Source of the DNA: an uncultured Eubacteriales bacterium
GTDB lineage: Bacteria; Bacillota; Clostridia; Lachnospirales; CAMVHY01
Direction: 5' to 3'
Length of the DNA: 64,000 bases
Assembly: GCA_948543815.1 (NCBI GenBank)
Contig: CAOVHW010000001.1
Coordinates: forward strand, 9,186 to 73,185
Below are positions 1 to 9,163 of the stretch, piece after piece (position 1 is the first letter of the stretch; the number at the start of each line of letters is the position of its first letter). Made by a program: the position numbers and the translations under genes. The notes below the pieces were generated by a model. It saw only the letters and a list, made by a program, of their open reading frames with translations. It was not told where the DNA came from and searched no databases.

Positions 1-489
1 GATACAAAAATTGCCGGTATTGCTCATGAAAAAGGCAAGCCGACAATTATTGCAATAAATAAATGGGATAAAATTGAGAAAGATAATAAGACAACCCAAA
101 AATTTTTACAAGCTATTGATAAAAAATTAAGCTATATGCCGTACGCACAAAAAATTTTTGTATCGGCATTAACTGGTCAGCGACTCGTAAAACTTTTTGA
201 TTTGATACAAATAGCTTGGCAAAATACAAATTTACGTATAAAAACAGGCGTACTCAATGAATTATTGCTTGAAGCAATAACAATGAATCCGCCAAAAGCT
301 GATAAAGGCCGTCAACTAAAAATTTATTATATAACGCAAGTATCAGTTTGTCCGCCAACTTTTATACTTTTTGTAAATGATAGTCAACTTTTACATTTCT
401 CATATCGTCGTTATCTTGAAAATCAAATTCGAAACGCATTTGGATTTTTAGGTACACCAATTCATTTTATAGTTCGAAATAAAAATTAA
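1..489 (+). CDS. der: GTPase Der (EngA), C-terminal part; the 5' end lies outside the window
   Basis: Frame 1 is open from nt 1 (DTKIAGIAHEKGKPTIIAINKWD...). It has the NKxD G4 motif of the second GTPase domain, followed by the KH-like C-terminal domain (KIYYITQVSVCPPTFILFVN...YLENQIR). Confidence 0.9.
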   Translation, partial: DTKIAGIAHEKGKPTIIAINKWDKIEKDNKTTQKFLQAIDKKLSYMPYAQKIFVSALTGQRLVKLFDLIQIAWQNTNLRIKTGVLNELLLEAITMNPPKADKGRQLKIYYITQVSVCPPTFILFVNDSQLLHFSYRRYLENQIRNAFGFLGTPIHFIVRNKN

Positions 490-499
490 GGAGATTACG

Positions 500-1072
500 A
501 TGTTCAGAATTTATTCGCTATTAATTGGTTATATTTTTGGCTGCTTCCAAACTTCTTACTTTTTAGGCAAGCTTAACAAAATTGATATCCGTAACTATGG
601 CAGTAAAAATGCTGGAACTACAAATGCAAATCGTATACTTGGTAAAAAAATTGCTGCCATAGTTTTTTTTGCCGATATCACTAAATCTGTTTTAGCTTTC
701 ATTTTTTGCTCCTACTTATTTAAAAATAATTTAGCTGGAATTTGGAGTGGACTTGGCGTAATTTTAGGACATGATTTTCCATTTTTTTTAAACTTTAAAG
801 GTGGTAAAGGTATTGCCTCAACAATTGGTTTAGTTCTAATTTTTAACTATAAACTCGCCGCAATTTCTTATCTAATTGGCATCGTTACTCTTTTAATTTC
901 GCGTAAAGTTTCTATTGCATCATTAATATTTGTATCTTCATTACCTTTTATATTTATGAAAAGTAATTATGAAACACTTTGCATTTTTATAATCATAACT
1001 ATTTTAGATATCTGGCAGCATCGTCAAAATATTAAACGTATAATTGAGAAGAGTGAGCCAAATCTTTTTTAA
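500..1072 (+). CDS. plsY: Acyl-phosphate:glycerol-3-phosphate acyltransferase PlsY
   Basis: 190 aa polytopic membrane protein. The motif FGCFQTSYFLGK...YGSKNAGTTNANRILG and the HDFPFFLNFKGGKG motif are typical of PlsY. A GGAG RBS precedes the ATG. Confidence 0.9.
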   Translation: MFRIYSLLIGYIFGCFQTSYFLGKLNKIDIRNYGSKNAGTTNANRILGKKIAAIVFFADITKSVLAFIFCSYLFKNNLAGIWSGLGVILGHDFPFFLNFKGGKGIASTIGLVLIFNYKLAAISYLIGIVTLLISRKVSIASLIFVSSLPFIFMKSNYETLCIFIIITILDIWQHRQNIKRIIEKSEPNLF

Positions 1073-1705
1073 CTACTTCTTCATCGTACTAATTCGTATC
1101 TTACTCGCACTCATTCCTGTTTTACGTTTTACAATATCTTCAATTTGAGCAATTTCTGCCTGCGATAGTGCTTCCTTATTAACTACGACATCAACGGTTT
1201 CATCATCGATACGAACATAAACTTCACTAAAACCTTTTGACTCAATCATTGATTCCGCCGCAGTTTCTTTTTCAATACGTTTTTGGATTTCAATTTTTTG
1301 GTCGGCACATTCTGAACGTTTACTATCATTCAAATTTTTATTATTAATCATTTCATCTAATATTTCTTTTTGTTTTGAACGAGCCTGCTCACGTTCAAGT
1401 TTTACCTGAACGAAATATGAAGAATCAATTGAATTATTAACGAAGACAGCGGTCCCAGGTTCACTAGCATTAGTTTTTTTCTCATCATTTTCATCAGGAG
1501 TTAAAGCGATACCGACTTCAGAATCCATATTAGAATTTGCGGGCAAACTATCATTAGGGACTAATGCGGCAACTTCCCCATCATCATTTAACATAATTTC
1601 ATTTCCAACGGATGAGTTATCGACATAATTTAAATATCCGGCAACTGCAACCATAATAACTAAAGCAGTAATAATAACTTGATTTCTTTTAATCACGAAC
1701 ATCAC
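1073..1705 (-). CDS. spoIIIAH: Stage III sporulation protein AH (SpoIIIAH-like)
   Basis: It has an N-terminal TM anchor (VIITALVIMVAVAGYLNY), a polar linker and a YscJ/FliF-like C-terminal domain. It is the last gene of the spoIIIAE-AF-AG-AH string. Confidence 0.75.
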   Translation of the reverse strand: MMFVIKRNQVIITALVIMVAVAGYLNYVDNSSVGNEIMLNDDGEVAALVPNDSLPANSNMDSEVGIALTPDENDEKKTNASEPGTAVFVNNSIDSSYFVQVKLEREQARSKQKEILDEMINNKNLNDSKRSECADQKIEIQKRIEKETAAESMIESKGFSEVYVRIDDETVDVVVNKEALSQAEIAQIEDIVKRKTGMSASKIRISTMKK

Positions 1706-1723
1706 CTTTTTCCTCCAAAATTA

Positions 1724-2257
1724 TTACTTCATTTTCATAACATGAATTTTATGAGCGTCAACATTTAATATAGTTTGTGCTGACTTTATCAGTTCATTTT
1801 TTATAAATATGTTGTCACCACCTTGTGCAATTATTATTATCCCTTCAATTTTTGGTTCAATTTCTTTTAGTGCCAAAGGATTTTTACCGTCCAATATTAT
1901 TTTTTTGGACTCTTTTTTTTTATCACTACTTTCTTTCGTACTCCCAACCTTATCAATTTCTTTTACCATTGACTCATTTGTATTTATATCTTCAGCTAAA
2001 ATAATTTCCTTACTTGATGCTAATGTAATCATTACTTTTACATTCCCAACTCCATAAACTTGTGATAATAAATTTTCAAGCCGTAGCTCTAAATCTCGCT
2101 CATAATTATTTGTATGCTCAATATTTTGTATCGGTTTTACTTCTTTTTTTGTCGGTATTGAAAATATTAAAATTACCAGCCCTAAAATAAATACCGAAAT
2201 TAATTTCATTACCATATTCTTATCCCGATTACCAAATAAATTTTGTATCAGGTTCAT
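1724..2257 (-). CDS. spoIIIAG: Stage III sporulation protein AG
   Basis: It has an N-terminal TM segment. The motifs LENLLSQVYGVGNVKVMITL and EPKIEGIIIIAQGGDN are characteristic of SpoIIIAG, and its operon position fits. Confidence 0.85.
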   Translation of the reverse strand: MNLIQNLFGNRDKNMVMKLISVFILGLVILIFSIPTKKEVKPIQNIEHTNNYERDLELRLENLLSQVYGVGNVKVMITLASSKEIILAEDINTNESMVKEIDKVGSTKESSDKKKESKKIILDGKNPLALKEIEPKIEGIIIIAQGGDNIFIKNELIKSAQTILNVDAHKIHVMKMK

Positions 2258-2269
2258 TCGTATCGCTCC

Positions 2270-2668
2270 TCAATTAAATTCTATCTTTTGCATGTCAATA
2301 TCGTATAGTAATCCTAATGTTTTCCTAAAATCTTCTACCTGCTTCTCACTTATTTCATCTCTTACTTTTATCTTTAGCTCTGTAATTTTATTAGTATCTT
2401 CAAAAATTTGAATGTGAGAGATATCAAAGCCTATGTTTTGTGCGATACTTTCAATTTGTTTTTTAATTGCATTATTACGCACCTCCATCATATTTAATTT
2501 ATGAAAACTATTAGAAAAAAGATTATTAATCGGTGTAAGCATTATTAATATCAAAATAAAACCTGATACAAGGCTTATATATTTTTTATATTTATCTGAC
2601 GGTAAAATTATTCCAATAAATGCATCAAATATTAGATACATTGCGAGATTCCGTAAGTAATCTTCCAT
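2270..2668 (-). CDS. spoIIIAF: Stage III sporulation protein AF
   Basis: 132 aa with two N-terminal TM helices. It has the ...PSDKYKKYISLVSGFILILIML motif typical of SpoIIIAF, and its operon position fits. Confidence 0.8.
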   Translation of the reverse strand: MEDYLRNLAMYLIFDAFIGIILPSDKYKKYISLVSGFILILIMLTPINNLFSNSFHKLNMMEVRNNAIKKQIESIAQNIGFDISHIQIFEDTNKITELKIKVRDEISEKQVEDFRKTLGLLYDIDMQKIEFN

Positions 2669-2678
2669 CTCTATCTCC

Positions 2679-3767
2679 CTATATCGATATAAAAATAATT
2701 ACGGCAAATAAAAAAATAATTACCGCACTAAAACAACAACTAAGTAAAAGACTACATGCAACCGTAATCGCTTCAATACATTTCGTAATACGTTCATCAC
2801 TTATTGGTTGAATTACCGCCCCAAAAATTTTGTAGATAAAAATAAATACTGCAAGTTTTATAATTGGTGCGATACATAAAAAAAATACCGCAATAATTAT
2901 TGCAACTAGTGCCCCATTTTTTATTACGTACGCCCATGAAATTACTGAGTCAACTGCACTACTAAAAACTTCCCCAACAATTGGTACAGTATTTACGGCA
3001 AACTTCGCACTTTTTATTGCCGCAGTTTCTAAAAGTGGCGCCGTTATTCGCTGTAATGATAAAATTGACATAAAAGTAAATGAAATTAATTTAAGTGACC
3101 AACTTACTAAACTTTTTATTAGCTCACCAAGATTCGCTATTAAATTCCTACCGGTCATATTATTTATAACTTGAACCGTTACGAACATAACGATAGCGGG
3201 AAGTAGAAAATTTATAATTAAAATTAAGATATCAGATATCAGAAAAATAATTGGATGGAATATGAAATTCCCACTCATTGTCATTAAACTTATAATAATT
3301 GGTAATGCTGCTTGTATCGTCTGTAATAAATTTTGTAGGAGATTTTGTGCAATCCCTACCGAAATTTTAAAACTCGCAAATAAATTTGTAATGATAACCA
3401 TATAAGTAATATAGAAAGCAATTTCTGCTGTTGACTTCGCATTAAATGAATCTGCTAAGTTTTTTATTATCCCGGCAAATATTACTAACATAAATAAATT
3501 TCGTATGTCATAAATATTTTCACGTACGTCTCGTAAAAAAATATCTATTGCCGTATCAATTAAACTTATAAAATCAAATTGCCCACTTATAATTTTTTTT
3601 GTCAGTACTTTAAAATCTACACGCTCAATATCTTTATCAAGTCCTCCATTAATTACACTGCTAATCGTCGTAAAATCAAAATCATTTATATGCTCGTCCA
3701 TCTCACCGGCTAAAATATTTTGCGGTATAAATAATAAAATTAATACCGCTAATAAATATTTTTTCAT
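2679..3767 (-). CDS. spoIIIAE: Stage III sporulation protein AE (polytopic membrane protein)
   Basis: It has a signal-like N-terminus followed by multiple TM helices and the TVPIVGEVFSSAVDSV motif. The ORF track starts at 3782, but that ATG lies inside the GAGGTG RBS. The ATG at 3767 (MKKYLL...) has proper SD spacing. Confidence 0.88.
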   Translation of the reverse strand: MKKYLLAVLILLFIPQNILAGEMDEHINDFDFTTISSVINGGLDKDIERVDFKVLTKKIISGQFDFISLIDTAIDIFLRDVRENIYDIRNLFMLVIFAGIIKNLADSFNAKSTAEIAFYITYMVIITNLFASFKISVGIAQNLLQNLLQTIQAALPIIISLMTMSGNFIFHPIIFLISDILILIINFLLPAIVMFVTVQVINNMTGRNLIANLGELIKSLVSWSLKLISFTFMSILSLQRITAPLLETAAIKSAKFAVNTVPIVGEVFSSAVDSVISWAYVIKNGALVAIIIAVFFLCIAPIIKLAVFIFIYKIFGAVIQPISDERITKCIEAITVACSLLLSCCFSAVIIFLFAVIIFISI

Positions 3768-3822
3768 ATGTACGCACCTCATCTGCTAAAATATATGCAG
3801 ATAAATTTTCGTTAATGACAAG

Positions 3823-4671
3823 GTGAATAAGTTGATTGAATTTACTAAAATGCATGGCCTCGGTAATGATTACATCTATATCGATTGCACTAAAAAATAT
3901 TCTGTAAAAAATCTTATTGCCACTGCTAAAAATTTAAGTAATCGTCATTTTGGTATCGGTAGTGATGGTTTGATTTTAATTTCGCCAAGTAATATCGCTG
4001 ACTTTAAAATGCAAATAATAAATTCTGATGGCAGTCAGGCACAAATGTGTGGGAATGGAATAAGATGTGTCGGAAAATTTATTTTTGATAATAAACTTTC
4101 CGATAAAACAAATTTAACAATTGAAACTCTAGCCGGTATAAAAAAATTACAACTCAATCTCAAAAATAATTCTGTCGATACCGTTACAGTTGATATGGGT
4201 AAACCAATATTTACGCCCGAAAAAATTCCACTACTCGCAAAAAATAATTCCATTGAAATAAATTCAATGAAATTTACTTGTCTCTCACTCGGTAATCCTC
4301 ACGCCGTTACAATCGTTAATGATATAAATAGAATTGATGTAGAAAAAATTGGCCCGCTCATAGAAAATGACAAACATTTCCCTCAAAAAATTAATGTAGA
4401 ATTCATAGAAATCGTTAATAAAAATCATGTTAAAATGAAAGTTTGGGAACGTGGTAGCGGTTTGACTTTAGCTTGTGGAACTGGCGCATGTGCATGCTGT
4501 GTCGCCGCAATAGAAAATAATTTGGCAAATAAAAATGAAAATATAAAAGTTGAATTGCCCGGCGGTTTCTTGACAATAAATTGGCACGAAAATATTTTTA
4601 TGACCGGACCTGCAACTACCGTTTTTACTGGAAAAATTGATGAAAAACTTTTTGGCTTGGAGGAATTTTAA
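3823..4671 (+). CDS. dapF: Diaminopimelate epimerase
   Basis: It has the FTKMHGLGNDYIYID N-terminal motif, the catalytic Cys motifs (MCGNGIRC, ACGTGACA), and is ~280 aa long. The TTG at 3832 has better AAGGTG spacing and may be the true start. Confidence 0.92.
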   Translation: MNKLIEFTKMHGLGNDYIYIDCTKKYSVKNLIATAKNLSNRHFGIGSDGLILISPSNIADFKMQIINSDGSQAQMCGNGIRCVGKFIFDNKLSDKTNLTIETLAGIKKLQLNLKNNSVDTVTVDMGKPIFTPEKIPLLAKNNSIEINSMKFTCLSLGNPHAVTIVNDINRIDVEKIGPLIENDKHFPQKINVEFIEIVNKNHVKMKVWERGSGLTLACGTGACACCVAAIENNLANKNENIKVELPGGFLTINWHENIFMTGPATTVFTGKIDEKLFGLEEF

Positions 4672-5844
4672 ATGTATATTAATGAAAATTTTTTGGCACT
4701 CCAAAATAATTATTTGTTTACTGAAATTGAAAAACGTGTCAATGAATACAAAAAAAATAATCCGGATAAACATGTTATAAAATTAGGCGTCGGCGACGTC
4801 TCTCAACCTATTCCGCAAATTATTGCTGACGAAATGAAAAAAGCGGCCGACGAAATGACAAATATCAAAACTTTTCATGGATACGGCCCTGAAACCGGCT
4901 ACGATTTCCTCAAACAAACTATCTTGGAAAATGAATATAAAAATATTTCACTGTCGGAAATTTTTATCTCTGACGGTATCGCTTCCGATATCGGCAATAT
5001 TCTCGATTTATTCTCTGAAAAAAATACTGTCGCAATAACTGACCCCGTTTACCCCGAATATCTCGACACAAATATCATGAATGGACGCCGAATAATTTTT
5101 TTGCCATGCGTTTCTGAAAATAATTTTGTTCCACCAATCCCTAATGAAAAAGTTGACTTGATTTATATCTGTAATCCTAATAATCCTACGGGCACCGCAA
5201 TAAATAAAAATGATTTGCAAAAATGGGTTGACTACGCCGTCGAAAATAATTCCGTAATTTTGTACGATGGTGCTTATGAAAAATTTATTTCGTCAGAAAA
5301 TATCCCACACTCTATTTATGAAATACCAAACGCAAAAAAATGTGCAATAGAATTCCGTAGCTTCTCAAAATCTGCAGGTTTTACTGGACTTCGCTGCTCT
5401 TATACAATCGTTCCAAATGAATTAGTTGAGCAAACAAAAAATATTTCACTAAATAAACTTTGGAATCGCCGACAATGTACAAAAACTAACGGCGTTTCGT
5501 ATATAATTCAACGCGCCGCACAAGCTGTTTATTCTCCTGAAGGCAAAAAAAATTGCGCCGCCAATATAAAATATTACATGGACAACGCAAAAATAATTTA
5601 TGACGGATTAAAAAAATCCGGATACGAAACTTACGGTGGTATTGATGCTCCATATATTTGGTTCAAAATCCCGGAAAAATTTTCATGTTGGGATTGGTTC
5701 GATTACTGGCTGAAAAATTTAGGAATCGTTGGTACTCCCGGTATCGGTTTCGGCAAAAATGGTCAAAAATATTTTCGCCTCTCAGCTTTTGGCAACCGAA
5801 ATGAAACTTTACAAGCAATGGATAGAATTTTAAATAAAAATTAA
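4672..5844 (+). CDS. dapL: LL-diaminopimelate aminotransferase (DapL-type)
   Basis: 390 aa fold-type I aminotransferase. The N-terminus (INENFLALQNNYLFTEIEKRV...IKLGVGDV) and the SFSKSAGFTGLRC PLP-lysine motif are typical of DapL. It is translationally coupled to dapF. Confidence 0.88.
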   Translation: MYINENFLALQNNYLFTEIEKRVNEYKKNNPDKHVIKLGVGDVSQPIPQIIADEMKKAADEMTNIKTFHGYGPETGYDFLKQTILENEYKNISLSEIFISDGIASDIGNILDLFSEKNTVAITDPVYPEYLDTNIMNGRRIIFLPCVSENNFVPPIPNEKVDLIYICNPNNPTGTAINKNDLQKWVDYAVENNSVILYDGAYEKFISSENIPHSIYEIPNAKKCAIEFRSFSKSAGFTGLRCSYTIVPNELVEQTKNISLNKLWNRRQCTKTNGVSYIIQRAAQAVYSPEGKKNCAANIKYYMDNAKIIYDGLKKSGYETYGGIDAPYIWFKIPEKFSCWDWFDYWLKNLGIVGTPGIGFGKNGQKYFRLSAFGNRNETLQAMDRILNKN

Positions 5845-5967
5845 TTTTTACCAGAAAATTTTATATTAGTAAGTGTTTTTAAATTGTAACGTAAAAAAAT
5901 TTGCAATTTATAAAAAATTATTATACAATAATTTTGTAAGTATTTATCAAAAAAAGAGGTGATAAAA

Positions 5968-6351
5968 ATGGAAGAAATGGCAAATTCATTAAAATCATCA
6001 TGGAGTAATTGGGTAAACAAAATAAAATCACAAGAATCAGAAATACAAGATGAAATTAAACAACACAAGAGCATTATAGAAATCATATGCCGTATATTTT
6101 GGTTTTCCCATATAATAATACCTCTCCAAAAATCTTCTATAGAAAGCCAAAGAAATAGATTAAATAAAATTCAAACTCCAGTACTAAAGGACGTTGCATT
6201 AAATATCTTGCAGGATTCTGAATTGGCACATGAAGAAACAGAAGAATATTTGCAAGCTTTAAAAAGTCGATTAGCAGAACTACAAAATCAACAAACAACA
6301 GATAACGTTCCTACTTTAGATACAAATCAAAATCTTGAACAAGAAATGTAA
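5968..6351 (+). CDS. Hypothetical protein (127 aa), helical, with a Q/E-rich C-terminus
   Basis: ORF with an AGAGGTGA RBS 5 nt upstream of the ATG at 5968; the track's GTG at 5959 lies inside the RBS. It is followed by a terminator hairpin. I recognise no family. Confidence 0.6.
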   Translation: MEEMANSLKSSWSNWVNKIKSQESEIQDEIKQHKSIIEIICRIFWFSHIIIPLQKSSIESQRNRLNKIQTPVLKDVALNILQDSELAHEETEEYLQALKSRLAELQNQQTTDNVPTLDTNQNLEQEM

Positions 6352-6368
6352 TAAACATTTTTACAAAA

Positions 6369-6405
6369 AATCCGAACTTTCACTGATGAAATTCGGATTT
6401 TTTTA
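6369..6405. terminator. Bidirectional rho-independent terminator between convergent genes
   Basis: The stem aatccgaa / ttcggatt is flanked by an A-run and a T-run. Confidence 0.7.
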
Positions 6406-6422
6406 TTTGCAAAAAATAATTT

Positions 6423-7043
6423 TCATAATTCAATTGCATTAAATTTTTTAATGAAAAAATCACCGGTAAACAATAACAACAAAGAATTTATCACGCCGCC
6501 AATTAAATCAAAAATATTCCAAACGCAACCAAAATTTTTTACGTAACTAAAAATTATGACGCTTATAATTCCAAAATATATTCTATCAATTTTATTCACT
6601 CTAAAAGATTTTCCACACGCTCCCGAAAATATCCCGACGACAGAATATGCAATGATTTGCAGCAAAAAATTTTCTTTGACAAAAAAACTTGTAACAATTC
6701 CCGCTATTAATCCAGCAAAAAATGCTGATGGAAATCCAAAAATCATTCCCGCCAAAATAATTATAAATAAATCCAAGTACAAAAATGAAATTGGTGAAAA
6801 AATAATTTTACTTAATGCGGCCAATGCTGCTAAAAGTGAAATTAAAATAAATTTGTCAAGTTTACATCCATTTACTAAAAAATTTCGGAATAAAATTAAA
6901 ATCAAAGTAACAACAGCCGCAATAAATCCTTCGATACGTACAGCGTCGTCAGGTTCCTTACCCGCTATCGAAAACATAAATGCCGCTACTAAAATTAAAA
7001 TGAATGTAAAATAATCTTTTCGCATTTTTAAAAATTCCCCCAT
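6423..7043 (-). CDS. Hypothetical polytopic membrane protein (about 6 TM; size and shape resemble an ECF S-component, family not recognised)
   Basis: 206 aa, almost entirely hydrophobic helices. The overlapping + strand ORF 6556-7014 is its mirror artefact. Confidence 0.7.
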   Translation of the reverse strand: MGEFLKMRKDYFTFILILVAAFMFSIAGKEPDDAVRIEGFIAAVVTLILILFRNFLVNGCKLDKFILISLLAALAALSKIIFSPISFLYLDLFIIILAGMIFGFPSAFFAGLIAGIVTSFFVKENFLLQIIAYSVVGIFSGACGKSFRVNKIDRIYFGIISVIIFSYVKNFGCVWNIFDLIGGVINSLLLLFTGDFFIKKFNAIEL

Positions 7044-7105
7044 ATTTTCATATCCTATCGCATTCTAAAATATAAATAAGTATAACACAAAAGCAGGGAT
7101 TTAAA

Positions 7106-8167
7106 ATGCAGAAACTTGTGGAATTTTTTCGGCTTAGTGCCTATGGCACAATTATTTCTTTCATTATGTTAATTACTATTTTTATTACTAAAAATTATAT
7201 GCCGTACGAATTATTTTTACGTGAGGCACTTCCATTTTATAAAACTGATTTCAAATTTCTATTCACTACTAAAAATTATAATTTAACTAATGAAAATGAA
7301 AATGATTTTAATAATAACTGTGAAGTTTTTAATAAAATTGAACCATCTGATTTGATTAACGATATTGAATATAAAAAAGTTACTAAACCAATTTTCGATA
7401 GTGAGCAACTTTGTGATTTAACTTTCTTGAAAAGTAAATTTTATTCCGTTGATAAAAAAACTGATTTGACATTAAATGATTTTGACGTAAAAAAATTCTT
7501 AGCCGCCGATACTTCTATTAATAATTCTACCGATAAGGTTAAAATTTTAATTTTCCATACTCATTCTACTGAAATGTATAAAGATAGTGATAATAATAAT
7601 ATGTATGATGGAGTTGTCGGGCTCGGCGCTAAATTAGCTCAAATCTTAAATGATAAGTATAAAATTAAAACGCTACATCATACTAAAAGATATGATATCG
7701 TAAATTCGAAACCGGATAAACGTGGCGCATACGAACGTATGGAAACTGACGTTATCAAAATCATTAAGGCTAATCCATCTATTGAAGTCGCTATTGATAT
7801 CCATCGTGATGGCGTCGCTGAAAATATCCATCTCGTTGAAAATATAAATGGTAAACCTACCGCTAAAATTATGTTCGTCGATGGACTTTGTAAATTATTC
7901 CGTAATAATATTTTGACTCCAATAAATAATTTACCAAATCCATACCTAGATACGAATTTAGCTTTAAGTTTTAAAATGCAACTAAAATGTTACGAACTAT
8001 ATCCTAATCTCGCTCGTAAAATTTATATCAATGCCTACCGCTATAGTTTAAATATGTTGCCAAAATCTTTATTAGTTGAAGTTGGCGCTCAAACAAATAC
8101 TAAACAGGAAGCATTAAATGCCATCGAACCTTTAGCTGATGTATTAGCAAAAGTTTTATTGGAATAA
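7106..8167 (+). CDS. spoIIP: Stage II sporulation protein P (engulfment amidase/endopeptidase)
   Basis: It has an N-terminal TM anchor, an ILIFHTHSTEMY motif, a DIHRDG motif and LLVEVGAQTNT, all typical of SpoIIP. Confidence 0.85.
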   Translation: MQKLVEFFRLSAYGTIISFIMLITIFITKNYMPYELFLREALPFYKTDFKFLFTTKNYNLTNENENDFNNNCEVFNKIEPSDLINDIEYKKVTKPIFDSEQLCDLTFLKSKFYSVDKKTDLTLNDFDVKKFLAADTSINNSTDKVKILIFHTHSTEMYKDSDNNNMYDGVVGLGAKLAQILNDKYKIKTLHHTKRYDIVNSKPDKRGAYERMETDVIKIIKANPSIEVAIDIHRDGVAENIHLVENINGKPTAKIMFVDGLCKLFRNNILTPINNLPNPYLDTNLALSFKMQLKCYELYPNLARKIYINAYRYSLNMLPKSLLVEVGAQTNTKQEALNAIEPLADVLAKVLLE

Positions 8168-8196
8168 TAAAAAAATTCGCAGATGCGAATTTTTTT

Positions 8197-8868
8197 TTAA
8201 TAATTTTCTCGGTACTCATCCATATACTTTTTTAATAATTTTGCTGTAGTCGGTGGTGTGTATGAAATTGCATTCGCTCCAGCCTTAATCGTTTTCAATA
8301 TACTTTCATCCGTTTTTCCGCCCGTCGCTATTATCGGAATATCTTTAAATTTTTTACGTATCTGTCCAACAATTTTTGCTGTATTCTCACCGCCACTTAC
8401 ATTTAAAATATCTGCGCCGGCTTTTAATTTTTGTTCAATATCTACATTTTCTGACACAATCGTAATAATTACCGGAATATCCACAACACTTTTTACCTGC
8501 GAAATCGTTTGTAGTGACGTCGGTGCGTTTAAAACAACTGCTAGTGCACCTTGAAATTCTGCGTGCAATGCAACATTTTTTGACCGTAAACCTTCTGTAA
8601 TTCCTCCGCCAACTCCACAAAATACTGGCATATCTGCTATCGATATAATTGCTTGCGTAATTGTAGGATGCGGTGTAAATGGATAAACTGCAATAATTGC
8701 ATCGGCATCTGAATTTTTTATAATTGCTACATCGGTTGAAAATAAAATTGAATAAATAGTCTTTCCAATAATCGTTATGCCACTTGCTTTCTCTCGTATT
8801 ATCGCCGGCACTTTTACTAAATTTTTATGCAAATTAGTTGTATATTGCGGACTAGTTTTCTTGACCAT
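8197..8868 (-). CDS. Uncharacterised alpha/beta (TIM-barrel-like) protein
   Basis: 223 aa with an alternating beta-alpha pattern and Gly-rich phosphate-binding-like loops (VFCGVGGG, IIATGGK). The exact family is not recognised. Confidence 0.65.
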   Translation of the reverse strand: MVKKTSPQYTTNLHKNLVKVPAIIREKASGITIIGKTIYSILFSTDVAIIKNSDADAIIAVYPFTPHPTITQAIISIADMPVFCGVGGGITEGLRSKNVALHAEFQGALAVVLNAPTSLQTISQVKSVVDIPVIITIVSENVDIEQKLKAGADILNVSGGENTAKIVGQIRKKFKDIPIIATGGKTDESILKTIKAGANAISYTPPTTAKLLKKYMDEYRENY

Positions 8869-8897
8869 ATGTTCTCCTTCTATTTCAAAAATTTGTA

Positions 8898-8933
8898 TAA
8901 AAAAATGAACGGCAAACTATTTGCAGCGTTCAT
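8898..8933 (-). terminator. Terminator downstream of tRNA-Pro
   Basis: On the - strand, the stem atgaacg / cgttcat is followed by a T7 run. Confidence 0.6.
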
Positions 8934-8939
8934 ATTTAA

Positions 8940-9013
8940 TCGGAGAAACAGGATTTGAACCTGCGACCTCTTGGTCCCGAACCAAGCGCTCTACCAAGCT
9001 GAGCCATTCCCCG
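8940..9013 (-). tRNA. tRNA-Pro (anticodon CGG), CCA not encoded
   Basis: The reverse complement CGGGGAATGGCTCAGCTTGGTAGAGCGCTTGGTTCGGGACCAAGAGGTCGCAGGTTCAAATCCTGTTTCTCCGA folds as a cloverleaf. It has a 7-bp acceptor stem (one G-U), a GGTTCAAATCC T-arm, and an anticodon stem CTTGG/CCAAG with loop TTCGGGA. Confidence 0.95.
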
Positions 9014-9163
9014 TTTCCCTCACTTAATATACAATATTTAATTTATACTGTCAAGTTCATAGCTTTGCAAATAAAATTTATTTGTATTGAAAAATATCTT
9101 TGAATTTATCTTGTAATTATTTTATAATAAAATTATGAATTTTTATTTGTGAGGTGAAAAAAC

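Noticed and set aside
8921-9103. 60 aa + strand ORF.
   Set aside because: It overlaps the tRNA-Pro gene on the opposite strand; the tRNA sequence itself is read as ...GFEPATSWSRTKRSTKLSH. It is an artefact.
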